A DNA stretch of 64,000 nt. Source: Candidatus Poseidoniia archaeon (GTDB lineage: Archaea; Thermoplasmatota; Poseidoniia; MGIII; CG-Epi1). The translations under genes were made by a program, and so were the position numbers. The notes beneath the pieces were generated by a model. The model did not search any database and was not told the origin of the DNA. It saw only the letters and a program-made list of their open reading frames with translations. Below, piece after piece: positions 1 through 10,300 of the stretch; position 1 is the first letter of the stretch, and every line of letters begins with the position of its first letter. The DNA lies in contig JASMLC010000003.1 of NCBI GenBank assembly GCA_030748895.1, positions 78,594 through 142,593 on the forward strand, read 5' to 3'.

Positions 1-1186
1 CGAGCAGCGACTCCGCCAGCTTGAAGCGCGCGCGCGCCGACTCGGGATGCGCGACCAGCGCGTTGGTGTACTGCCGCTCCGCCTCGCCCGTCATCCCGGC
101 GTTGACCAGGATTTTGCCTTTCTCCATCCAGTCCAGGTCACGCATGCGGTTGCGCGCCTGATTGTCCATCGCGCGCACCGCCTCGTCGTAGCACTGCAGC
201 GCGTGCCGGCTGTCGCCGCGCGCGCGGCTGCTGTCGCCCAGCGCGACCCAGCAGAGAACGTGCTGGCCGTCGGCCGCCAGACCAAGGTTCAGGATGCGGC
301 GCGCCTCGTCGGGGCGGCCGAGCGCCAGCAGGCAGCGCGCCAGCGCCTCGTGGTAATCGGAGTCTCCGTCCTCGAGCTCGAGCGCAGTCTCCAGGAACTC
401 GAGCCCCTCCTCGGGACGGCCGAGCCGCGCCAGCGCACGGCCCTTAGCCATCCAGGCGTAGTGGAATGTGGGATTCATTTCGAGCGCCTGCTCGTGGTAC
501 TCGATGGCCTCCTCGTAGCGGTCCAGGTGGTCCAGCGCGTTGCCGATGTTGTTGATGGCGATGACGTATTCCGGGTCGATATCGAGCGACTTCTGGTAGA
601 ACTCGATGGATAGCTCGTATTCGCCCTGGTTATACTGCACGTTGGCCAGGTTGTTCCACGCAATCTTGTCGCGCGGGTCCAGTTCGACTGCGCGCTGGTA
701 GTAATCCTTGGCATCCGCCAGCCGCCCCGAGAGCTGTAGCGTGTAGCCGTAGTTATACCACGCCACCGCGTAAGTCGGGTCGGCACGCATTGACTCGTCG
801 TAGCAGCGCAGCGCTTCGTTCCAGCGGTCGAGCATGAAGTTGGCGAAGCCGCGGTTGTTCCACGCTGGCGCGTTGCGCGGCTCCAGCTCCAGCGCTCGCG
901 CGTACGACTCGACCGCCTGCGCGTAGCGCTCCATCCGTTGCAGCGCGTCGCCGCGGCGTACGTGGTAGCGCGCGATATCGGGCGCCAGCTCGCACGCCTG
1001 CTGGAAGGCGTGCAGCGCCCGGGCGGGGTTGCGACGCGCCATCTCGGCCATGCCGATGCTGTTGTGGAGCGAAGGGTCCTCCGGCGCCAGGTCCACCGCC
1101 CTGCGGAAGCAACTAATCGCCTTGCGGAGCTTCCTTTCGCGGACCAGTGCCTCGCCCTGTTCCACCAGTTCGTTGACGTCGGGCAT
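1..1186 (-). CDS. Tetratricopeptide repeat protein (runs off the window; 3' end missing)
   Basis: Not in the ORF track because it has no stop in the window. Manual translation from ATG 1186: MPDVNELVEQGEALVRERKLRKAISCFRRAVDLAPEDP...AWNNRGFANFML...AWYNYGY, i.e. serial TPR motifs. TAATG overlap with the upstream TPR gene. Confidence 0.85.
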   Translation of the reverse strand, partial: MPDVNELVEQGEALVRERKLRKAISCFRRAVDLAPEDPSLHNSIGMAEMARRNPARALHAFQQACELAPDIARYHVRRGDALQRMERYAQAVESYARALELEPRNAPAWNNRGFANFMLDRWNEALRCYDESMRADPTYAVAWYNYGYTLQLSGRLADAKDYYQRAVELDPRDKIAWNNLANVQYNQGEYELSIEFYQKSLDIDPEYVIAINNIGNALDHLDRYEEAIEYHEQALEMNPTFHYAWMAKGRALARLGRPEEGLEFLETALELEDGDSDYHEALARCLLALGRPDEARRILNLGLAADGQHVLCWVALGDSSRARGDSRHALQCYDEAVRAMDNQARNRMRDLDWMEKGKILVNAGMTGEAERQYTNALVAHPESARARFKLAESLL

Positions 1187-2310
1187 TAACGTTCCAGGAT
1201 TAGCTCGATGCGCGCTATCGCCTTATGGGTATCCTTCATCAGCCGCTCCCACTCAGAGCCGTCGTGGTGTTCGTGGCCCGACTCGTGTGCCAGCGTGTTC
1301 TGGTAGCATTCGAGCGCCTCGCGGGGACGGTCGAGCAGCTCGAGCGCGTAGCCCTTGTTGTGCCACGCCCAGGCGTAATCCGCCTTCAGCTCGATGGCGC
1401 GCTCGTAGCACGGAATGGTCTCCTCGATACGGTTGAGCTGTCGCAGCGTCACGCCGCGGTTGTTCCACGCCGAGCGGTTTTTGGGGTTGAGCTCGGTCGC
1501 GCGGGTGAACGCCTGCAACGCCTCCTTCAGGTTCCCGACGCGGAATAGTCCCTTGCCGAGGTTGAACCAGCAGGTGGCGTAGCGCGGGTTGGCCGCCAAG
1601 GCCCGTCGGTAGCTCTCGATGGCGCGATGGTTGTAGCCGAGCCGCGAGAGCGCGACGCCGCGGTCGTTGTAGACCACCTCATCCTCGGCTTCGAGGCTCT
1701 GCTGCAGCGCCTCTGCCGCGGCGCCCGGCTCGTCGAGCTGGTCGTGCGCCAGCCCCTTCGCCTCGAGCGCCGCCGTATCGCGCGGACGCCGGGCGAGGAT
1801 AGCGTCAAAATCCTGCAAAGCGTCGTTGTAGCGCCCCAGCGCGTGGAGCAGCTTGCCGCGGCGGTAGAGCAGCTCGCGGTCCGGTTTCCCGCGCCCGTCG
1901 GCAGCGTTGAGCGTCGCCAACGCCGCCTCGCCGTCACCGAGCGCCTGTTGGGCACGCGCCTTCAGCACGTGCGCCGCAATGTAGCGCGGCCGGATTTCGA
2001 GCGACCGCCCGGCGCAAGCCAATGCTTCTTCAGGGTCGCCGAGCAGAAGCTGCGCCAGCGCGCGGTCCTTCCACATGATTTCCGAGTGCGAGACGCCGTC
2101 GTGAATCTGCTCCAGCTCTTCCAGCGCCGCCTCTGGCCGGCCGGCCGCGAGGTGCACTTTGCCGAGGTCGTGTCGTAGCCGCTTGCTCTCCGGCTTGGCG
2201 GCCAGCGCCTTCTCGAGCGTGCGGCGGGCACGGCGGTAGTGGCCCAGCTTGAGCTCGGCCAGCCCTTCCGCGCGCAGCTCGTCGGCGTGGTTGCTGTCGT
2301 CGATAGGCAC
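1186..2310 (-). CDS. Tetratricopeptide repeat protein
   Basis: Multiple TPRs (WFNLGKGL, AWNNRGVTL, AWHNKGYAL). Start trimmed to GTG 2310 (VPIDDSNH) to avoid overlap with the divergent hutH-like gene. Confidence 0.85.
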   Translation of the reverse strand: MPIDDSNHADELRAEGLAELKLGHYRRARRTLEKALAAKPESKRLRHDLGKVHLAAGRPEAALEELEQIHDGVSHSEIMWKDRALAQLLLGDPEEALACAGRSLEIRPRYIAAHVLKARAQQALGDGEAALATLNAADGRGKPDRELLYRRGKLLHALGRYNDALQDFDAILARRPRDTAALEAKGLAHDQLDEPGAAAEALQQSLEAEDEVVYNDRGVALSRLGYNHRAIESYRRALAANPRYATCWFNLGKGLFRVGNLKEALQAFTRATELNPKNRSAWNNRGVTLRQLNRIEETIPCYERAIELKADYAWAWHNKGYALELLDRPREALECYQNTLAHESGHEHHDGSEWERLMKDTHKAIARIELILER

Positions 2311-2330
2311 GGCCCGCCAGCGGGGGGCAG

Positions 2331-2363
2331 TTAAAATCCGCTGCGCCGAACAGCGCTTTATAA
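2331..2363. promoter_or_regulatory. Divergent archaeal TATA-like boxes
   Basis: TTAAAA at 2331-2336 (TTTTAA on the minus strand) and TTTATAA at 2357-2363. Each lies about 20-27 nt upstream of the TPR or hutH start, consistent with leaderless transcripts. Confidence 0.5.
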
Positions 2364-2383
2364 TCCGGGCGAGGTGGCCGCGC

Positions 2384-3904
2384 GTGAAAGTCGAGCTTGA
2401 CGGCAGTTCGCTCACGATTGGGCTACTTGCGGGAGTCGCGTGCGACGAGGCGAGCGTTGCGCTGGCGCCCGCGGCCCGGAAGCGCATCGCTGCCAGCCGC
2501 GCCATGCTGGAAGAGAAAATCGCCGCGCATGAAATCATGTACGGCATTACCACCGGCATCGGCGAGTTCTCCGAACATACGCTTTCCCCCAGGGAGTTGC
2601 GCGACTTCCAGCGCTTCCTGGTCTACTCGCACGCCGCCGGTATCGGCGAGCCGCTGCCGGCGGCGGTCGTGCGCGGCGCGATGTGCGGCCGCGCCAACGT
2701 CCACTGCCACGGCCATTCCGGGGGGCGCCCGGCGGTGACCGACGCGCTGGTCGGTGCGCTCAACGCGGGGGTGACGCCGGTCGCGTGCGAGAAAGGCTCG
2801 GTCGGCGCGTGCGGCGACCTGGCGCCGATGTCGCAGGTGGCGCTCTGCCTGATGGGCGAGGGAGAGGCGTTCTACCGCGGAGAGCGGATGGACGCCGCGG
2901 CAGCGCTGGCGAAGGCGGGGCTCGAGCCGCTGGCGCTCGAGGCACGCGACGGACTGGCGCTGATTAACGGCTCCAACGTGCTGACTGCGTGGGCGGCGCT
3001 GCTGCTCCACGATGCGCAGCACTGGTTCAGGCTGCACGACATCGCCGCAGCAATGACTCTCGAGGCGTTGCTCGCTAACCAGAAGCCGTACGACGCGCGG
3101 CTGCACGAACTGCGCGGCTTCCGCGGCGCACAGGAAGTGGCGGCCAACTTGCGCAAGCTAATGGCAGACAGCCCCATCCTGGCGGCGCACGGCGAGAAGG
3201 TACAGGACGCCTACTCGATGCGCTCGACACCGCAGGTAGCGGGCGCACTGCGCGACGCAGTGCGCCACGCCGTCGGCGAAGTGGAGACCGAATTGAACGG
3301 CGTCGGCGACAATCCCATATTCCTTACCGAGGAGAAGGAGGTGCTCACCGGCGCCAACTTCCAGGGCACGCCGGTCGCGCTGCCGCTGGAGATGGTCGCG
3401 ACCGGGCTCAGCATGATTGCCGTACTGAGCGAGCGGCGCCTGAACCGGCTCACCAACCCGGCGCTCTCGGCGGGGCTGCCGCCCTTCCTGGCCGAGAAGC
3501 CGGGGCTCCACTCGGGGATGATGCTGGCGCAGTACACCGCCGACGCGCTGATTGCCGAGGCGCGCATCCTGTCGCACCCCGCCGTCAACCAGTCCATCCC
3601 CGCTGCCGCCGACCAGGAGGACTTCGTCTCGATGGGGCTGACGACTATGCAGAAGACGCAGCAGATTCTGGATAACTGCTTCGGCGTGCTCGCCATCGAG
3701 ATGATGGCCGCCGCGCAGGCGCTCGACCTGCGTGGCGACGAGCCGGCGGCCGGCACCGCTGCCGCACGCGGCGTAATCCGCGAGCACGTATCGCATCTGG
3801 ACGAGGACCGGCCGCTCTACCGCGACCACAACCGGCTGGTGCCGCTGCTGCGCTCGCCCGATATCACCAGCGCGGTCGAGGCGGCCGTCGGTAAACTGGC
3901 CTAG
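2384..3904 (+). CDS. hutH: Histidine/aromatic amino acid ammonia-lyase (MIO family), ACG variant
   Basis: YGITTGIG, LVYSHAAGIG (Ser-His, HAL-type), GSVGACGDLAP, GLALING, QDAYSMRSTPQV, DNP and QEDFVSMG motifs. GTG start at 2384. Confidence 0.8.
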   Translation: MKVELDGSSLTIGLLAGVACDEASVALAPAARKRIAASRAMLEEKIAAHEIMYGITTGIGEFSEHTLSPRELRDFQRFLVYSHAAGIGEPLPAAVVRGAMCGRANVHCHGHSGGRPAVTDALVGALNAGVTPVACEKGSVGACGDLAPMSQVALCLMGEGEAFYRGERMDAAAALAKAGLEPLALEARDGLALINGSNVLTAWAALLLHDAQHWFRLHDIAAAMTLEALLANQKPYDARLHELRGFRGAQEVAANLRKLMADSPILAAHGEKVQDAYSMRSTPQVAGALRDAVRHAVGEVETELNGVGDNPIFLTEEKEVLTGANFQGTPVALPLEMVATGLSMIAVLSERRLNRLTNPALSAGLPPFLAEKPGLHSGMMLAQYTADALIAEARILSHPAVNQSIPAAADQEDFVSMGLTTMQKTQQILDNCFGVLAIEMMAAAQALDLRGDEPAAGTAAARGVIREHVSHLDEDRPLYRDHNRLVPLLRSPDITSAVEAAVGKLA

Positions 3905-5247
3905 AGCGCGGCGCGAACGCGCGAGAGCAGCTCCGCAATCTCGTCGGCCGCAATCACCAGCGGCAGCCGGAAGCGAATTGAGCTGGAGCCCGATTTGAGC
4001 GCCATCACCTTCTGCGCCGCCAGCGCCGCCATCAGCGCGTCGCGCTCCGCTGCCGAAGGCAGCGTGAAGGCGATGAGGCTGCCGACGCCGCGCACGTTGC
4101 TGAAGCCGCCAGTCTCGCGCGCGAGAGCACGCAGCCCTGCCAGCAGTTCGGCGCCCCGCACGGCGGCGTTCTCACCGAGGCTTTCGGCTTCGATGATGTC
4201 GAGGAAACGGTGGCAGCGCACCATGTCCATCAAGTTGCCACCGAAGGTCGAGTTGATACGGCCCGACATCTGGAAGACGTTGTCAGCGACCTCGTCGATG
4301 CGCTCGGAGCAGTAGATACCGCAAACCTGCGTCTTCTTGCCGAAGGCGACGATATCCGGGGCAACACCGTGGTGCTGCCAGAACCACGGCTTGCCCGAGC
4401 CCCAGAAGCCGGTCTGCACCTCGTCGTAAATCAGCAGCGCCTCGCGGGAGTCGGCGTAGCCCCGCAACGCCTCGAAGAACTCGGGGCGAAAGTGGTTGTC
4501 GCCGCCCTCGCCCTGTAGTGGCTCGAGGATTATGGCGGCAATGCGGTCGTCGTGCTGCGCGAAAGCGGCCTCGATTTCAGCGCAGGCGCGCGCCTCCTCG
4601 GCGGCGATGTCGTTCGCAATTCCGCCGTCAGGGCCGAACTCGATGGTCGGGTTGTGGACCCGCGGCCAGTCGAACTTGGGGAAGAGGCCAATCTTGTCGG
4701 GCACGGTGTTGGTGAGCGAGAGGGTGTAGCCGCTGCGGCCGTGGAACGCGTCGCGCAGGTGCAGTATTACGAGGTCGTTTACGTCCGCCTCGAGGTCGGT
4801 GCGCCCCAGCTTGCGCGCCTTCCAGTCGAACGCTACCTTCAGCGCGTTCTCGACTGCCAGCGCGCCGCCAGCAACCCAGAAGTGGTACGGAAAGCCCGGG
4901 GGAGTGGCGCGGGTTGCGAACGCCTCGACGAAGCCGGCCATTTCCCGGGTGTAGATGTCGGAGTTGGCCGGGTTGGCGGTGCCGACCGCGCGCACTTTCG
5001 CGAGGAATTCCGGCGCCTGTAGCATCGGGTGGTTGTACCCGACCGGCCATGAGGCGAAGCAGGTGAAGCAGTCCAGGAACTCCGACTCGGTGCGGGCGTC
5101 GTAGAGCCAGGCACCGTGCGAGCGCTCCAGGTCAAGCACGACGTCGTAGCCGTCAACCAGCTGGTACCGCCGCAGCACTTCGTGGACGTCGGTCGCCGCG
5201 ATACCGTGCGCAACTGTCGTGGCTGCTCCAGATGAGGACGCTTCCAT
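3901..5247 (-). CDS. lat: L-lysine 6-transaminase (class III PLP aminotransferase)
   Basis: GALAVENALKVAFDWK, AFHGRSGYTLSLTNT, EPLQGEGGD, DEVQTG, FGKKTQVCG and RINSTFGGNL are characteristic of Lat. ATG 5247 chosen. Confidence 0.88.
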   Translation of the reverse strand: MEASSSGAATTVAHGIAATDVHEVLRRYQLVDGYDVVLDLERSHGAWLYDARTESEFLDCFTCFASWPVGYNHPMLQAPEFLAKVRAVGTANPANSDIYTREMAGFVEAFATRATPPGFPYHFWVAGGALAVENALKVAFDWKARKLGRTDLEADVNDLVILHLRDAFHGRSGYTLSLTNTVPDKIGLFPKFDWPRVHNPTIEFGPDGGIANDIAAEEARACAEIEAAFAQHDDRIAAIILEPLQGEGGDNHFRPEFFEALRGYADSREALLIYDEVQTGFWGSGKPWFWQHHGVAPDIVAFGKKTQVCGIYCSERIDEVADNVFQMSGRINSTFGGNLMDMVRCHRFLDIIEAESLGENAAVRGAELLAGLRALARETGGFSNVRGVGSLIAFTLPSAAERDALMAALAAQKVMALKSGSSSIRFRLPLVIAADEIAELLSRVRAAL

Positions 5248-5278
5248 TGGGACCGGCCCGGCGGAGGCCTGATACGGT

Positions 5279-5680
5279 TTAAGCCTGACGGCTGCGCAGC
5301 TTGCGCGCCAGCGCCGGCAGCTCCTCGACGCAGCTGATATCACCGCGCGAAATCAGCGCCAGCTCGCGCCGCAGTTCCAGGTCGGGCCGCAAGTCGCTGG
5401 CGCGGCCGAGGTCGGCGAGCTTGCGCGCCAGCCGGCCGCCGGTGCGGTCCCAGTCGGTCAGGATAGCGAAGCGGCCGCGCGACCCCAGTTGCGTAACCAG
5501 CGCCTCGACAGTCTGTAGCACCGAGTTGCCGCTGTTGAGCGAAACCAGTTGCAATTCGCAGAACTGGGCCAGCGCGGCGATGTCGCGCTGGCCCTCGATG
5601 ATTACCGGTCCCGGGAACTCCACGATTTTTTCGAACCACTGCTCCAGCGCGGCGAGCCGCGCCTCCCGGTCGTGCATCAT
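5279..5680 (-). CDS. TOPRIM-domain protein (RNase M5-like/UPF0292)
   Basis: IIEGQRDIAAL and ILTDWDRTG TOPRIM motifs. Confidence 0.8.
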   Translation of the reverse strand: MMHDREARLAALEQWFEKIVEFPGPVIIEGQRDIAALAQFCELQLVSLNSGNSVLQTVEALVTQLGSRGRFAILTDWDRTGGRLARKLADLGRASDLRPDLELRRELALISRGDISCVEELPALARKLRSRQA

Positions 5681-5682
5681 CG

Positions 5683-5982
5683 CTATCGTGCCTCCAGCCG
5701 TGCCAGCAGCGCGTCACGCTCGAGCGGGATGGCAACCTGCTTCGAGCGCGAGCGGTGACCGCGCAGCAGTTCGGCGCTGCCGGGCTCCAGCTCCAGTTCG
5801 TGCTCCAGCAGCGCCAGCAGCGCCACGTTGGCGCGCCCGCTGTGGGCGGGCGCGCTGACCGCGACGGTGAATGCCCCGCGCCACTCGTCGAATTCCCCGA
5901 GGGCGTCGCGGCTGGCGCCGGGGACCACGCGCAGCGTGAGCAGCGTCCCACCCTCAATCGCCTGGAGCGCAGCCCCGGCCAT
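5683..5982 (-). CDS. DUF167/YggU (UPF0235) family protein
   Basis: LRVVPGASR...VSAPAHSGRAN...LLRGHRSRSK signature. Confidence 0.85.
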   Translation of the reverse strand: MAGAALQAIEGGTLLTLRVVPGASRDALGEFDEWRGAFTVAVSAPAHSGRANVALLALLEHELELEPGSAELLRGHRSRSKQVAIPLERDALLARLEAR

Positions 5983-6030
5983 TGGTCCTGAATGGGCCGC
6001 GCCTATTTAGCCGGGCAGGAATGGGCTGCG

Positions 6031-6744
6031 GTGATTCAGGTCCGGGGCCTTACGCGCTATTATGGAAAATTGTGTGCGGTGCGCGACGTCAGCTTCGAGG
6101 TCCACCGCGGTGAAGTCTTCGGGCTGCTCGGGAGCAATGGCGCCGGGAAGTCGACCACCATCAAGATGCTCTGCGGGCTGCTCAAGCCGACCCGCGGCAG
6201 CGTCAGCATCGCGGGGGTGGACATGGCACGCAAACCGCTGCAGGCCAAGGCGATGCTGGGGTACCTCCCCGAAAATCCGGTGCTCTACGACCGACTGACC
6301 GGGATGGAAATGCTCGAACTGGTGGGGGCGCTGCGCAAGCTCTCGCCCAAGCTACTGGCGCAGCGTGCGAAATACTACGGCGAGGCGCTGGGGCTGGGCG
6401 GCCAGATGCAGTCCGAGGTCGGCACCTACTCCAAGGGGATGCGGCAGAAGCTGGCGATTGCGATGACGCTGGTGCACGACCCCGAGGCGGTGCTGCTCGA
6501 CGAGCCGGCCGCCGGGCTCGACCCGCGCTACACGCGGCTGCTGAAGGAGTGGGTGCGCAACCTCTCGCAGGGCGGCCATACGGTGCTGCTCTCGACCCAC
6601 ATTACCGAGATGGCGGCGTCGCTCTGCGACCGCATCGCGGTCATCGACCATGGGCGGCTGCTCTCGGTCGGGACGGTGCCAGAGCTGCTAAGCTCGACCT
6701 CCAGCGCCACGCTCGAGGATGCTTTCATCCGGCTGGTGGGCTAG
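6031..6744 (+). CDS. ABC transporter ATP-binding protein (ABC-2/multidrug type)
   Basis: Walker A GSNGAGKST, signature YSKGMRQK, Walker B LLDEP and H-loop STH. Probable GTG start at 6031. Confidence 0.9.
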   Translation: MIQVRGLTRYYGKLCAVRDVSFEVHRGEVFGLLGSNGAGKSTTIKMLCGLLKPTRGSVSIAGVDMARKPLQAKAMLGYLPENPVLYDRLTGMEMLELVGALRKLSPKLLAQRAKYYGEALGLGGQMQSEVGTYSKGMRQKLAIAMTLVHDPEAVLLDEPAAGLDPRYTRLLKEWVRNLSQGGHTVLLSTHITEMAASLCDRIAVIDHGRLLSVGTVPELLSSTSSATLEDAFIRLVG

Positions 6745-7373
6745 AACTCCAGCGCCGGGTATTCCCGCGCAGCTACGCGCAGGATACGCTGCGCCCACGC
6801 CAGCTTGCGTCGCTTGAGCCGCCCCCGGCTGCGCCCCGAGTAGGGGCCGACGGTGTCGAAGCTGAAGCCCGCCAGCCGCACGCGGCGCGCGCCGAGGGCG
6901 AGCGCCGCCAGCGCGGCGCGGTCACCATCGGTGAAACCACCCCAGCACGCGACGCCCGGGGCAGGGCGCACCGCGGTCAGCGCCGCCGGACGCAGCCGCG
7001 GCAGCCATTCACCCAGCGCGGCGAGGTTGTCGCCGTGGCCGTGGACCACCAGCGCCGCGCCGCCAGCGACGGCCCAGCGCAGGTCGTCGCGGTAGCCGTC
7101 GAGGTCGCTCACCACCAGCGCCGGCACGCGGTCGCGCTCGCGGCAGGCGCGCACTGCGCCATCGGCGGCGACCAGCGCGCCGCGCGGAAGCGCCTCGCCC
7201 GGGCGCAGCCCCGCGCCCACGACGACCACGCTGCGGCCCCCGAATCGCGGCAGCTCGCCTGACGGGCGTCCCAGCCGCTGCAGCAGCCGCAGCGCTACCG
7301 TTTCGCGTCGCGGGTCGTGACCGAACTCACGTTCAAGGCGCGCCTGCAGCGGCCACCACCACTCCAGGTTCAG
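6741..7373 (-). CDS. mptE: 6-hydroxymethylpterin diphosphokinase MptE-like (DUF115)
   Basis: VVVGAG, AADGA, VVSDLDG, VVHGHGDN, GGFTDGDRA, LAGFSF and KRRKLAWA motifs. The frame continues upstream as LNLEWWWPLQARLEREFGHD, giving a probable CTG start at 7373. Confidence 0.78.
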   Translation of the reverse strand: MNLEWWWPLQARLEREFGHDPRRETVALRLLQRLGRPSGELPRFGGRSVVVVGAGLRPGEALPRGALVAADGAVRACRERDRVPALVVSDLDGYRDDLRWAVAGGAALVVHGHGDNLAALGEWLPRLRPAALTAVRPAPGVACWGGFTDGDRAALAALALGARRVRLAGFSFDTVGPYSGRSRGRLKRRKLAWAQRILRVAAREYPALEF

Positions 7374-10300
7374 AGCGGGTTGCCGTCTTCGTCGCAGGGA
7401 ACTTCTTCGCCCGAGTCGGGGTCGATGTAATAGAACGAGCCATCCTCGTCCTCGTAGATTTCGACCTCGTACTCCTCTTCGTCATCGCCCAGCTCGTCAT
7501 CGTAGTCGTCAGTAAAGCCGAAGTCCTCATCAGTGGAAGCCGCGGCACCGCTACCGCTCAGGAGGTCCATCAGGCTGCTCTCCTCCCGCGCCTCCTCGCG
7601 CGCGGTGCGGACAGACTCGATAGCCTCAATCTTGCGCTGGGTTGACTCGTATGCCTCGGTAATCTCAGTCAGCTTGGAGAACTGCTCGTCGCGCTCCATC
7701 TTGAGCACGTACGCCAGCTGTTCCTCAATCTGCCCCAGTTCGGTGCGAGTGTCGACCAGTCGGGTCAGCGTGCCGTGGAACCGGTTGGCGAGGAGCTCCA
7801 TGTCTGGCTCAGCCAGGTCAAGCTTGAGCTGTTCCTCTGCCGCAGTTTCGGCTGCCTCGGCAGCCTCGAGTTCGGCTAGCCGCTCTGTGGCGGCAATCTG
7901 CTGGGCCTTGACCAGGATTTCGTTGAAGGCCGAAAGGTGGGCCTCCAGCTTGGTCGCGACGCGGGATGCGTCGTAAGCTGCTACCTCGAGCAGTTCCTCG
8001 CGACCCTTGGAGGTCTCAAGGCGCTGTTCGACATCTGACAGACGGGCTCTTTCTTGCTTGTTCATACTTTCACCAGTAAATCCGCTCGTGCGGACGTTAT
8101 ACGCTGCAGCAGCCATCAGGAGGCCGAGAACCAGTCCGCCCACCAGGACGATGAAACTGCGGTTCCAATTATCTGCCACCATCACACTCTGGGCTTCCGC
8201 CACCACCACTTCCTGAGCCACAGTGGTAGTCACCGCGCCAGAGTTGTCAACTGCGGTGACCTGCACCTGATAGGTCCCGGGCGCCGCATAGGCGTGCTTC
8301 AGGTTCAGCGTGCTCTGACCAGTCAGGTCACTGCCGCTGAAGGAAATTTGCGAGCCATCGCCGAAGTCAACCACCAGCATCGCGATGCTGCCGTCGTCAT
8401 CGCTCGGGACTGCCAGAACAAACTCGACTGTGTGCTCCTCGACCACGCTGACGGTGTTGCCGTCAATCGTGATGCCCTCATCCTCGCTCACCGACGGTGC
8501 CGGGACCAAAGGCGCGCTGTTGGCTGCAGTTACCGCCGCGCTAAAGCTCGTGACCTGCCCGAGGCCATCGGTGGCGGTTAGCGAGATTGTGTAGTCACCT
8601 GCCGCCGCATAGGTGTAGTCCTGCGAGGCGCCGCCGTCAGCCATGCTGCTGCCGTCGCCAAAGTCCCAGTCAATCGTTAGCGCGCCGTCGGCGCCGCTCA
8701 GCGTAAAGGTGTGCGCGGAGCCAGCCAGGGTGCCGCCCGTGCTGAGCGACCAGCCTGAGGTGTCCTGCGGCAGGTTGGGAGTAATCGAAATCGCCTGCGA
8801 AGCGCCGGTGCCGTCAATCGACGGCGTGACCGTGAAGCCAGCGGAGCTCGCCGCGGTCGCGCCAGCCGGGACCATGACCGTCATCTGGACCGTCTGGAAG
8901 CCGCCCTTGGCGATGCGGAAGCTGGTCGTCGAGAAGCGCAGGTTGTCGTGGCCGGTGGTGACCACGATGGCGTAGTTGGTCGCGACGCTGCCGGTGTTGG
9001 TCACCGTGACGACCGTGGTCGCCGAGGTGCCGGGGTTGAGCAGGAAGCTGTCGTCAGCCGCGCTCACGCCCGCGCTACGCGCGTCGCTGGCGATGTCGAG
9101 CGTCGCGCTCGCGCTGTCATCGTCGGTGGCAACCGATATTGAGTAGCTGCTGCCAGCCGGAGTATCTTCGGGGACGCTAATCCAGACGCGGAAGTCGAAG
9201 CTGGCTCCCGCGGCGATTACACCGGTAGAGGTGGTATTCAGCGTCGCCCAGCCATTGGCCTCGCTGTTGCCGCTGATGTCGAAGCTGTAGCTCGCGTCGC
9301 CGTTACCGGTGCTGGTGACGGTGCCCGAAATCTGGAAAGAATCACCGGGATACGCTGCTGAAACTGCACCGAGCGAGATGCTCGAGCCAGTCACCAGCCC
9401 GGCGCTGCTGTCGGCCGAGTCGCTGTCGGAAGCGCCGCCGGTCGCGGTGAGCGTTACCGTGTCGCCCGCACCGTGCGCTGCGCCTGCGGGGACGTCGTGC
9501 GTGACCGTAACTAGCCGCACCTCGCCCATGCCGAGGCTCATCCCGCTGGAGGAAGCATCTGAAGCCCAGCTGCTGCTGGTCGAGATTGAGTAAGTATTGT
9601 CATAGTTGCCAGTATTCTGCACCGTGAAGGTGTGGGTCGTCGAACTGCCCGGTGCACCTTCCTGCGCGCTGGAGACTGCGGTAACTGCGACACCCTGCAC
9701 TAGCCCGACTGAGTAGCCCATGCTGTGCGAATCGGTCGCGGTGCCGTCGTTCTGCGAGGCGATATCGACGTCAAGCTGGTTCATAACGCCGTAGGTCAGG
9801 AAGGGGACGGTGATAGTGACGTCGAAGGTGGCCGAGCTGTTGTAGGCAACATCAACCGTCGCCGGGAAGCTAAGGTCCCAGCTTGCAAAGTTGCTGGCGC
9901 CGATGGTGTAAATGTCATCGGCATTGCCGCTGTTAGTAATCGTGAAGGTAACGGTGCGGTCACCCGGCGCGCCTGAGGTGTCAGCCGGCTCATCCATATC
10001 GGCGCCACCCACATAGTCGACGAAGAAGCTCGCAGTGCCGGCATCGCCGGTTGCGGGCACACCGAAACTATCGGTGGCACTGAAGGTAACAGTGCGAGTG
10101 CCACCACGGTCAATGAGGTCTGCCAGGTCAAGCGTGGCTGAATAGGTACCATCACTGTTGTCGTTGAGCGTGAGGATTCCATAGTGCTGGAGGTCGGCCG
10201 AAACTGTAAGTGAATCCCCATCGTCCTCGTTAATGTCACTGGCGCTGGCAGTGAAGGTGTAGGTGTCACCGGCACGTTCTGCAGTCCCGTTGGCCGTGAA

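Noticed and set aside
1-2310. Repetitive sequence considered as a CRISPR or DNA repeat array
   Set aside because: The periodicity is protein-level TPR repeats. No identical spaced repeats or cas genes occur anywhere in the window.
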